From Nitrosopumilus sp. (lineage in GTDB: Archaea; Thermoproteota; Nitrososphaeria; Nitrososphaerales; Nitrosopumilaceae), in assembly GCA_965197525.1 (NCBI GenBank), contig OZ240211.1:736001-800000 (forward strand): DNA of 64,000 bases, written 5' to 3'. Shown here piece after piece: positions 39,230 through 48,800 of the stretch (position 1 is the stretch's first letter; every line of letters begins with the position of its first letter). The notes beneath the pieces are model-generated. The model did not search any database. It was not told the DNA's origin and saw nothing but the letters and a program-made list of their open reading frames with translations. Both the position numbers and the translations under genes were made by a program.

Positions 39230-39366
39230 CTAGAAAATATTGTAGTTCTTCACGTCTTTTTTTGATTTAGGTCTACAAACAATCGTGGTGAAAAATGAAT
39301 AAGTATGAGACAGATAACCTGAGTAGTTAAAAAGTATATCAATGACGCCTGTCTAAAAACAACATA

Positions 39367-40096
39367 TTGTATTTAATGTATGTTGATGAATCAGGTGTTG
39401 CAGAATTGACTGATCAGACAAATTTTTTGTAGTCGCTGGTGTTATCATACATGAAGATAGCTTGCAAAATATACAAAATGCTGTAGAGAAACTAAAGAAT
39501 AAAATTTTTCGTAATCAATTACAGGGATCGGAGATACACATTCATGATATTTACAAAGCGAAAAAAGATTTTTACGGAATTTCATATAATGAACGGGATT
39601 ACATTTTAAACGAAATATACAATTCTTTTAACGAGATGGAATTTGATACCATCACTATTGCAATAGACAAATGCAAGCTACGAAACTCAAAATTCAAAAA
39701 TTGGAATATACTTAGAACAGCATATACGTTTCTTGTAGAACGGTTTGATCTCTTTTTAACGAGAAAAGAAAACAAAGGAATGTTACGAATAGATTTAACA
39801 TCAAATAAACCCGGATCTTTAAATGCAAAGGACTGTGAAATCTTAGAACACATAAACACAATTAGGAAGAAGGGTACGTCTTGGCAGGTAATAAAAACAT
39901 TGTCGAAGAGCCAGTTTTTTATGATTCTTCTACACAGTTTGGCTTGCAGATTGCGGATGCTGTCTGCTATTGCACGTATAAACATTTGACTACAACTCGT
40001 GACTTTGGTGAGTACTGGAACTTGGTTTCAGAGAAGGCACAAAGAAACACACGTGGAGATATTCATGGTTATGACCTTACTGTATTTCCAAAATAG
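39367..40096 (+). pseudogene. DUF3800-family gene with two -1 homopolymer frameshifts
   Basis: MYVDESG N-terminus and GLQIADAVCY C-terminus; frame breaks at T6 (39423-39428) and A5 (39893-39897). Confidence 0.75.
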
Positions 40097-40155
40097 GTGT
40101 ATGATCGCAATATCCGCCACCAATACACCATACAGATGCGCTCATCCGCACCTAT
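40093..40155 (-). ncRNA. Candidate structured RNA convergent with the DUF3800 gene
   Basis: Closing stem ATAGGTG/CACCTAT, inner stems CGGATG/CATCTG and GTATG/CATAC; TTTATA on the minus strand at 40182-40177. Confidence 0.5.
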
Positions 40156-40275
40156 ACCTAGTATGACATTATATCATATAAATAATTATGGAGCCATTCG
40201 GGGATTTATGCCTCCAAACAGTATGGTAAAAAACGAGCGGGTAGGAGACAGATAAACTAGACAGTTACAAAATGT

Positions 40276-40875
40276 TTATCGCGATGCTTGAGCAATGCGT
40301 TCTAACTCGTGCTTCTTCTTCACAGAAGGCGCATTTGAGTCGTTGGCTGCTGCAAGGATCAACTGTTCTGCCATATGTTCTTCGATGGGTTTTGGGTTTG
40401 AGAATGTTGCCTCCTTGATTGCATCTGCAATAAACTTGAGTGCCAAATCGACACGTCTAATTGGTGCAACATCTACTGATACATGATAAACCGTTCCACC
40501 ATACACAATTCTTGTGGTGTCCTCATTTGGGGCAGAGAACTCTATTGCCCGCACTAGAACCTCAACAGGGTTCTGTCCCGTCTTCAAGGCAATAATGTCA
40601 AATGCGGTCTTTACAGTGTTCAATAACTTTGTCTTTTTACCAGTCATTCTACCGGTGTTTTTTGCATATTTTTTACCAAAGTGCATGGTCTTGTTGATTA
40701 ATCGTTCCACAATGTTGACGTCTGCTTTGTTGAATCTCTTCAGAGCTGAACGTCCATATGTGTAGGGCAGTATCTGCTTCTTTAATGATATTGCAGTTTT
40801 TAATCCAGGATCACGAACTTCAATTTTTGATAAATCCCATTTTCTAAATAATAACAAATTCTGTGTTTGAGCCAT
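40276..40875 (-). CDS. rps7: 30S ribosomal protein S7
   Basis: FNKADVNIVERL, VDVAPIRRVDLAL, ERIAQASR. Confidence 0.97.
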   Translation of the reverse strand: MAQTQNLLLFRKWDLSKIEVRDPGLKTAISLKKQILPYTYGRSALKRFNKADVNIVERLINKTMHFGKKYAKNTGRMTGKKTKLLNTVKTAFDIIALKTGQNPVEVLVRAIEFSAPNEDTTRIVYGGTVYHVSVDVAPIRRVDLALKFIADAIKEATFSNPKPIEEHMAEQLILAAANDSNAPSVKKKHELERIAQASR

Positions 40876-40883
40876 GTGTATAT

Positions 40884-41321
40884 CTATCTCCTTGGTTTCT
40901 CCTTTTTGCCAATGACCAGTTCATGAAGTGACGTGCCATTAACCTTGAAGACTTTGAATCGAACCCCGGGAATATCACCCATTGCACCACCTTGTGTAGC
41001 ACCCATACCTTGAATGTGTACTTCGTCGTGTTCATCAATAAAGTTCATCGCACCATCTCTTGGCAGGAATGCTGTAACTGTCTTTCCATTTTTAATTAGT
41101 TGAACACGAATACATTTTCGGATAGCGGAGTTTGGCTGTTTTGCTGCAATACCAACTTTTTCTAAGACAATACCGCGAGCTTGTGGCGAGCCTCCCAGAG
41201 GATCGGATTTTTTATCAATACCTAGCTTTCTTCTCTTATAAGTAGAGATTGCCCATCTCTGCTTTTTCTTTTTATTGGTAAGTACTCTACCTGCAAATAG
41301 TCCAAGTGGCGATTTTCTCAT
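40884..41321 (-). CDS. rps12: 30S ribosomal protein S12
   Basis: [21 protein letters not shown]. Confidence 0.98.
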   Translation of the reverse strand: MRKSPLGLFAGRVLTNKKKKQRWAISTYKRRKLGIDKKSDPLGGSPQARGIVLEKVGIAAKQPNSAIRKCIRVQLIKNGKTVTAFLPRDGAMNFIDEHDEVHIQGMGATQGGAMGDIPGVRFKVFKVNGTSLHELVIGKKEKPRR

Positions 41322-41324
41322 CTA

Positions 41325-41789
41325 TTACATCTCCATTGTTGCGCGTTCAGGGCTATTTATTAATACACTGCTAATATCAAAATATCGTTTGGCAAGCAGG
41401 CGTGCTTTCTCGGCATTTCTACCGTCTCTTCCAACAACAATTCCTTTCTTTCTTGGGTCTACCATAACAACTGCCTGCTTTGATCCATCAAGACGTGTAT
41501 TTATTTTTACTTCTGATACTAGTTTTGCATTAAGTAGTGTGGTCAGAAATTTGGCAGGATCTTCATAGAATTCTACTAGCTCTATGTTTCGTTTAACAAT
41601 ATTTTGTAAGGATTTTATATGAACACCACCTTTCCCAATAGCAAGACCCATCTTTCCATTATTTACAACAAAGATTACACGGTTCTGCTTCTCATCCTCT
41701 ACACAATCACGTGCAGTGGCGCCTGTAACATTTTGGAATAACGACATCATGCGCATCTGATCGGTTGTAAGTTTGATTGATTGCACCAT
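41325..41789 (-). CDS. nusA: Archaeal NusA (KH domains)
   Basis: GLAIGKGG and GIVVGRDGRN KH motifs; operon position. Confidence 0.93.
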   Translation of the reverse strand: MVQSIKLTTDQMRMMSLFQNVTGATARDCVEDEKQNRVIFVVNNGKMGLAIGKGGVHIKSLQNIVKRNIELVEFYEDPAKFLTTLLNAKLVSEVKINTRLDGSKQAVVMVDPRKKGIVVGRDGRNAEKARLLAKRYFDISSVLINSPERATMEM

Positions 41790-41852
41790 TAGAAACCCTT
41801 TTTGCCCCAGAATAGAATTTTAGTATTCAGATTTTGGTTAGATATATTCCAA

Positions 41853-42176
41853 TCAAACATGTTTTATCCCGTCCTCTGCGTCTTTTAAAATTGATTTAAT
41901 GATTGCGTCGTCTAGCGATGTAAATGAAATTGTTGAAATTCTAAATTGTAAGCCGCATAACCTGCCTAATGCGACTGAGGTTCCTTGAAAGTTTACCAAC
42001 GGTACCTTTTCTTTCTTTGCTACAGATTCAATCTGTTCAACCATATCTCCTTTAATTGACTGAGACAGGACAACTAGTTTGGAACGTTGCATAGAGTTCA
42101 AAACTTGCTTTGTGCCCATTGTTAGTTTATTCTCCTTGCGGGCATCCCTTAATGATTTCTCAAGTAATTTACTCAT
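41853..42176 (-). CDS. rpl30e: 50S ribosomal protein L30e (L7Ae family)
   Basis: GTKQVL...GTSVALGRLCGLQFRIS; position upstream of nusA. Confidence 0.88.
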   Translation of the reverse strand: MSKLLEKSLRDARKENKLTMGTKQVLNSMQRSKLVVLSQSIKGDMVEQIESVAKKEKVPLVNFQGTSVALGRLCGLQFRISTISFTSLDDAIIKSILKDAEDGIKHV

Positions 42177-42263
42177 GTGTTTACCTTATCACATTGTCTT
42201 GACGGGGTTTTATAGGTTTATGTAAAAAATTGATTTTAGACACATACAAATAGTACAAAAACG

Positions 42264-43569
42264 GGCGCTGTCAAGTTATAGAGACCTTATTTATGAGGAT
42301 AGGCGTACATAAATGCCCCAAAATCATAGAATATTTGTTGAAGGCAGTAAAGTCAATAGCACAAAAATATACGCCAAACTCTGACCTAATGGATATGATG
42401 GCCACATTCACAGAAATGGTTAACCGTTGCATCAAGATAGGGTTAAAAGAAGACACACACAATATGAAAAGGCTATCATGTCTATGCTATCACGAATTGA
42501 GAGACTATGACGTTTTATCGTCATACAAACTAAATGCAATATCAAGGGCTGCTGGCATATTGGCAAACAGAAAACAGTCAATAAAACGTGGTGTTAAGGT
42601 TAGATACCCAAAGGTAACAAAGCCGTTTATCACTAATTGTTACGGTATAAAACACAATGGTGCACTACTCACAATCCCATACAAGAGTAGAAATCCAATC
42701 AACATCTTGTTAAACCCGCATACCCAAAAAATCCTGTCAAATCCTGCCTTGACAGTACGCTCGTTTTCATTGACTGCCTTTAGCATCAATCTTTGCGTTT
42801 CCAAGGAAACTGAAAGGATAAAATGCACCAAGACAGTGGGAATCGATAGAAATTTGAGGAATGTTACATGTGGCAATGAGGAGCAAGTAACATTTTACAA
42901 GACAAACAAACTGCTATCCATAAAAGAGAACACCATGCACGCCAGAGCCGGATTCCACAGAAATGATCGCAGAAAGAAAGGTCAATTCTGGAAGATAAAA
43001 CAGCGAAGAATGACCAATAGAACAAAACAATACATACACAGAATATCAAAAGATATTGTGGATAATGCCGTCAAAGAAAAGGCTGTAATCGTTCTAGAAA
43101 ACCTAAAAGGAATTAAAAAACTCTACAAAAAAGGAAATGGTCAAGGCAACAAATACAGGCGCAGATTAAACGGATGGCAATTCTACGAGTTACAACGCCA
43201 AATAGAATACAAAGCCCAATGGGTCGGGCTCCCGCCAGTCGAATATGTAGACCCAAAAAACACGAGCACGCAGTGTCCAAGATGCGGAAAGAAACTCCAA
43301 GAGGACATGCAACACAGTCGTAAAATGTCGTGTAATAATTGCGGATTGTACATGGACAGAGACATTGTAGCTGCCATGAACATATCGCGCAAACCGTCCC
43401 CTAGGTTTAGGGATAGTAGAGATGACATAGGTGAAGCGCAGTCCGGTGTTTTTGAACCGGTGATGATGGAACCCTGCATACCGGTAATCCAGATAGTCGA
43501 TATGTCAAAGTCGAGTGATAGGAGGATGTAACTTGTTAAATCAACAGGTACCTATGACTTCACAGAACC
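42264..43569 (+). mobile_element. IS6-ended TnpB cassette with intact ORF (copy E3)
   Basis: Imperfect TIRs (18/24): GGCGCTGTCAAGTTATAGAGACCT 42264-42287 and the reverse complement of GGTTCTGTGAAGTCATAGGTACCT 43546-43569. No TSD. Confidence 0.82.
42338..43531 (+). CDS. tnpB: RNA-guided endonuclease TnpB, 397 aa from the homologous TTG start
   Basis: VGIDRN, IVLENL, CPRC/CNNC, MDRDIVAAMNI; colinear with 2527-3720. Confidence 0.93.
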   Translation: MKAVKSIAQKYTPNSDLMDMMATFTEMVNRCIKIGLKEDTHNMKRLSCLCYHELRDYDVLSSYKLNAISRAAGILANRKQSIKRGVKVRYPKVTKPFITNCYGIKHNGALLTIPYKSRNPINILLNPHTQKILSNPALTVRSFSLTAFSINLCVSKETERIKCTKTVGIDRNLRNVTCGNEEQVTFYKTNKLLSIKENTMHARAGFHRNDRRKKGQFWKIKQRRMTNRTKQYIHRISKDIVDNAVKEKAVIVLENLKGIKKLYKKGNGQGNKYRRRLNGWQFYELQRQIEYKAQWVGLPPVEYVDPKNTSTQCPRCGKKLQEDMQHSRKMSCNNCGLYMDRDIVAAMNISRKPSPRFRDSRDDIGEAQSGVFEPVMMEPCIPVIQIVDMSKSSDRRM

Positions 43570-44808
43570 GTTAACAGTGACTAGAACAGAGTCAGGCTCA
43601 GATAATGGTAAAAAATTATCAAGAGACTTCCATACAAAGGTCTCAATTGTGTATGTTCCAGAGGTTTTAGGAATCCAGGACTGCGATACGTCAATACGCT
43701 GCTCAGGTGGAACTTTACTTTGGAACCACGATAAAAACTCAATGGTCCCATCAGAGGCCTTTACTTGAAAGATGTAGGCAAATGGTTGTGATGCAACGAT
43801 GTCAGGGTTTGTTACAGAGCCAACCATCTGAAAGGGAGTATCCACAGATAAAGGTACGGTTATCGGTTCACCAAAACTATTAGACATTACAACAGGAGAG
43901 CTCTCAAGTTTGTTAAGATACAATGATTCGACTCTGATTGATGATTCAACAGATAAAGTATTAGACGAGTAAACGTTGGAGTCAGGTAAAGTGTGATCAT
44001 GATATCTTGCATATAGATGATCACCTGATTGCACATAGAGTCTATTGCCATTAGATGGCAGATGTTCAGACAGAGATACGGCAACAGTAAAAGAGCCAGA
44101 ATCAGCGGTTGTCTCAACTGCGCGTCCTATGATTCCTGCAACATCAGAATCTGTGTACATATGCACCATAACGGTATCAGGGAATTGAGGATTCAGATTC
44201 ATGTCAGGGTCAATGACACGAACTGTGATAGAATCAGCATTACTGCCATCTAAAAAAAAGACACCGTCATCATTATCATTATTATTATTATGATTATCCA
44301 TATTGCCATGCAAAAGTTCAATGATGCCAGTATTCCAAGCAACATTTACAGTATGTAAGAGCAAAACATCGTCTGCGAATTCAAATGATATGGTTATGCC
44401 TGAATCAGGCTCAACTTCTAGATAACCATTAGTTGGTCCGGTGCCACCGGTACGAGGTGTCGTATCATCAACACCATCACCATCAACATCATATGCAAAT
44501 CCAGTCAGGGTAACTTCTGCTGTAAAGATTCCAGAGTTTGCATCAGTTTCAACAAACCGGTAAGGCATAAGAGAGTGATCAGATGTTGCAATCTTGATTG
44601 GATGTGTGTCAGTATCCCCAATGGTATCAATCAGATATCGGTCAGTATTCCAGCTAGGTGATACGATCGTCATGTAGATTTTATCAGTCCAAGTATAGAT
44701 TGATTTGTCAGTAAGGATAGGAGCATAGGGATTGTAGTAATCAGGTATAGGCTCACCCTCATCTCCGAAGGCAGTAAAGAGAATAATCAGCGGAAGAGAC
44801 AAAAACAC
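43552..44808 (-). CDS. Putative secreted/surface hypothetical protein
   Basis: Hydrophobic N-terminus, repeated ETxxxSGxFT motifs; the last codons and stop lie inside the E3 right TIR. Confidence 0.75.
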   Translation of the reverse strand: MFLSLPLIILFTAFGDEGEPIPDYYNPYAPILTDKSIYTWTDKIYMTIVSPSWNTDRYLIDTIGDTDTHPIKIATSDHSLMPYRFVETDANSGIFTAEVTLTGFAYDVDGDGVDDTTPRTGGTGPTNGYLEVEPDSGITISFEFADDVLLLHTVNVAWNTGIIELLHGNMDNHNNNNDNDDGVFFLDGSNADSITVRVIDPDMNLNPQFPDTVMVHMYTDSDVAGIIGRAVETTADSGSFTVAVSLSEHLPSNGNRLYVQSGDHLYARYHDHTLPDSNVYSSNTLSVESSIRVESLYLNKLESSPVVMSNSFGEPITVPLSVDTPFQMVGSVTNPDIVASQPFAYIFQVKASDGTIEFLSWFQSKVPPEQRIDVSQSWIPKTSGTYTIETFVWKSLDNFLPLSEPDSVLVTVNGSVKS

Positions 44809-44850
44809 GATATGTGTTAGAAGATATGAGATTTAACGTTTAGGAGACTA

Positions 44851-45645
44851 GGCTATGTTGTGTTATCGAGGGACAAGAGTAGAAATAAAGGTTCTGTTAA
44901 CCTATCGGAGCTTGGTTCATAATCTTATCGGTGTTAACTGTCGGGGCTTTTGGGCACAATCACTTCTGCTATTAAAGATATAAAGTAAAGGGTTCTGTTA
45001 ACTTATTGAGGAGTAATTCTTGCTGTTAACTGTCGAGAGGTCAAACCGTACCAAACCTAACACAAAATCCTGATTTTATTAAATGTAGAATATTTCTAGA
45101 TTCTGTTAAGTTACCGTCGCCTGATTCTTCCTGTTAACTATCGTCACCCGTCCTAAAAGGAATAAGAAAGTTGTACAAAAAAAAAGGAAATGGCCATGAT
45201 GCAGGCAGGATTTTGATGGAATGGTTTTTAATCCATAGGAAATAAATACAGACGCAGATTAAACAGCTGGCAATTCTACGAGCTACAACACCAAATACAA
45301 TACAAAGCCCAATGGGCAGGACTATCAGTCGAATTTATAGATCAAAAACACGAGCTCGCAATGTCCAAAATGCGGAAAGAAACTCCAATAGGACATCAAT
45401 ACAAACGAAAAATATCGTGTAATAATTGGGGATTGTTCGTGGACATAGATGTTATAGATGACATGAACATATCACACAAACTGTTCCCTAGGTTTAGGGA
45501 TAGTAGAGGTGACGTATATGAAGCGCAGTCTGGCACTTTGGTGCCGGTAATGTTGGAACCTGGTATAACACCACCAGTAATCCAAATAGTCGATATGTCA
45601 AAGTCGTGCAATCGTGGTTATGTCCCTCGATAACACAACAGAACC
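44851..45645 (+). mobile_element. Decayed IS6-ended tnpB element (copy E4)
   Basis: TIRs 23/25 (GGCTATGTTGTGTTATCGAGGGACA 44851-44875; 45621-45645). Decayed TSD GGAGACTA/GGAAATTA (6/8). tnpB 3' remnant ~45150-45610. Confidence 0.82.
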
Positions 45646-45650
45646 GGAAA

Positions 45651-45875
45651 TTATTCAGACAATGAGATAGCTAAAATATTATCTCCACGCAGTAAAATCT
45701 TGCCAAACGGTATAGGATTCTTCTCATCAGATACATCCTTGGCATCATTCAAAGTCAGATTCATATGAATATCAAAATCTTTTAGGATGCCTTGTACTAT
45801 AGTAGTGTTGCGCAGTCGTAACGTAACTGTCTTGTCCATGTAAGCGCCCATCAAAGTAGAAATCTCGTCTGCCAA
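45651..45875 (-). CDS. Sm-like (Lsm/SmAP) protein
   Basis: GILKDFDIHMNLTL (Sm1) and LLRGDNI (Sm2). Confidence 0.92.
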   Translation of the reverse strand: MADEISTLMGAYMDKTVTLRLRNTTIVQGILKDFDIHMNLTLNDAKDVSDEKNPIPFGKILLRGDNILAISLSE

Positions 45876-45884
45876 ATATTATCA

Positions 45885-48800
45885 CTATTTATCCTTCTTC
45901 TTTCTACTGACCTGCATGTACAAGTCGACGGTTCCGCTGCCAATTGGTATGTTACTGCCAACAATAACATTCTCAGTAATTCCTTTGAGCTGTTCTACCT
46001 CACCTGCAAGGGCTGCATGTGCAATTGTGGGAACGGTAATCTCAAATGCAGCTCGTGCAAGAACGCTATCTTTGGTACCTGCAATACCATGTCGTCCTAT
46101 CTGCTGCATATAGCCTCTAGAGCACATTAAATCTGATACCAGCATAATATACCTGTTATCAACCTCTAGCCCTTGGTCACCTAGCGTGTGATTCAATTCG
46201 TTAATCAATGCGTTTCGGGCAGCCTCAATACCCAAGGTGCCTGCAATCTCAAATACGTTGTTTGTACGTACGTTTTGTTTGTCAATACCTTTGACCTCTA
46301 ACAGTTTAGCGATGTTTGAGCCTGTGGTTTGAATGATCCATTGATCGTCTTTTTGAACCAGTGTCACTCGCTCAATATCTGGAACACCACTTACAGTGGT
46401 GTTAAAGACCTTGTTTCTAATAGCAATTGCAGTTGCAGTATCAGTCTCTTCTACTAGATTCAGAGTCAATAGCTCTCCTGTTACCTCTATCTTGAATTTT
46501 TTGTTAGAGGACAATACATCTACAACGTCAGCTACTGTACACCCCCTCTCACGTAATCTTGCTTCACTGAGTGATATCTTGATATTTGTGGAATAGTCAG
46601 TCTGAGTATCAGCAACTAGCGCACTTACCTTTGTTTGTAGTACGTTTTTTGCAATTTGGATGGCCTTCTCTCTTGACCGCTTTGACTCTTCATCAAGATA
46701 GATATCCATAGTTGGTGTGACAGGTTTCTTTCTGGCATCAACTAACTCTATGAGTCTTGGAAGACCTAATGTGACGTTTCGTTCTTTAATTCCGGCAAAA
46801 TGGAATGTCCTAAGCGTCATCTGGGTACCCGGTTCACCGATGGATTGGGCAGTAATGATACCTACTGCCTGACCTGGTTCCACCTTGGCATTGTTGTAAA
46901 GCGATAGTCCTTTTTTACACACAGCCTCGATACCGTTCTTACTAAGATTGGAATTTTGTAGTGCTTCAGTGACAAGTCTAGTTAATCTAGGATTAAACGT
47001 CTTTGTGTACTTTTTAATCAAAGTCGCAATCGCATCTTTTGTTGCCTTGGAACCAGAATCACTGATGGTTTGAGATTCAGCTAATCGGCTTGCATTAAAT
47101 GCCTCTCCATGATCACTCTTTGCCACATCAATTCCGTCTTCACCGTAAAGGAATTGTATGATATGACCGTGTGGATCCCTGACAGTTCCGTCATACTCTA
47201 GTCGGATATGCTCTAATGCGTTTATCAATCTGCGTTGCATGTAACCACTCTGCTGAGTTCTAACTGCAGTGTCAACTAACCCTTCACGACCGCCCATTGC
47301 GTGGAAAAAGAACTCTAATGCAGACAGACCTTCCCTGTAATTTGATTTTACAAATCCGTGGGCATCAGGGTTGTTATCATGTTCTTTGTAGTGGGTTAAT
47401 GCACGATTACTATACCCATCGTTCATTCTGTTTCCTCTTCTTGATTGTTGACCTAATGCACCTGCCATTTGACCTACATTCAATGATGAACCCCTAGCAC
47501 CGGTAGTTGCCATAATCTTTCCAGCATTATTATTGTCAAGTGAGTCATTTGCAGTAGAACCTGCCTTATCTCTTGCCTTGCCTAGCTCATTTACAACGTA
47601 CGCCTCTAACGCTTCTTCTGGTTTCATACCTCTTGTAAGTTTGAGAGTTCCATCCTCGTACTGACTGATAAGATTAGAGACTTGATCGTAAGTTTTTTGT
47701 ATGTCATTTAGTATCTGCTGTCGGTTCTTTTCAGGTACCTCAAGGTCACCATACCCATAACTAAAACCATAATGAGTGATAAATTGTTTAACCATGATAA
47801 GAATAGAGTTCAAGAAATTCTTTCCTACTGCATTGCCATAGTCCTTGGTAATTCTGTGTAGTACACTTTCTGGCTCTTCAGCACCAATGGATGTCTTGTC
47901 AATAACTCCACTGATTAACTGACCATTCTTAATGACCACATCTTTTTGTGCACCTGTTGTTCCTTTAGACCACTTTGAGGTAAGGACATAGGTAAAGTCA
48001 TTTGGAAGAAACAGTGAAAATAACTGTTTGCCAGTATACATTGGTACGCCGTTTTTTGTTGTTGCAGGTTTAGGAAGTGAGTCAGTATATCCACCGAGCA
48101 TTGCATAGTTGGAGAATTCTTGTACGGTTAGAACAGTGTCGTCTTTGGTAAGCAGATATGCGCCAGTCACAAAGTCACGTAGTGCTCCAATAATTGGACC
48201 TCCATATCTTGGAGAGATCAGTTGATCTTGAACCCTCATTAATAAAATTGCCTCTGCTCTTGCCTCTTCGCTTTGAGGAACATGAAGATTCATCTCATCG
48301 CCATCAAAATCTGCATTATAAGGTGGACATACAGAAGGGTGCAATCTAAAGGTTTTACCCGGTAGCACTCTGACATAATGAGCCATAATTGACATCTGGT
48401 GAAGTGATGGTTGTCTGTTAAACATAACAATGTCACCGTCAGATAGATGTCGCTCAATGAGATATCCTATCTCAAGGGTATCAGCTATTGTAGAGCGGTC
48501 CTCTACAAAATCCAGTCGGATCTTTACACCGTCAGGTCGAACAATATAGTTGACACCGGGAAACACGTCAGGACCGTTAATTACTAGTCTCTTCATTCTG
48601 TCAATATTCCATTCAGTAACAATCTCAGGTATAGTTAACTTCATTGCAACTTGTTCAGGCACGCCAACCTCTGATAGATCCAAGTTTGGATCAGGGGAGA
48701 TTACAGTCCTGCTTGAAAAATCGACCCTCTTTCCAGATAATGAGCCTCTGAATCGACCCTCCTTTCCTTTGAGTCTTTGTGTCAGCGTCTTTAGAGGACG

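Noticed and set aside
44876-45150. CRISPR array interpretation of the repeated TGTTAAC motifs
   Set aside because: Short, degenerate, irregular spacing (~26-78 nt), no cas genes; the motifs resemble IS ends.
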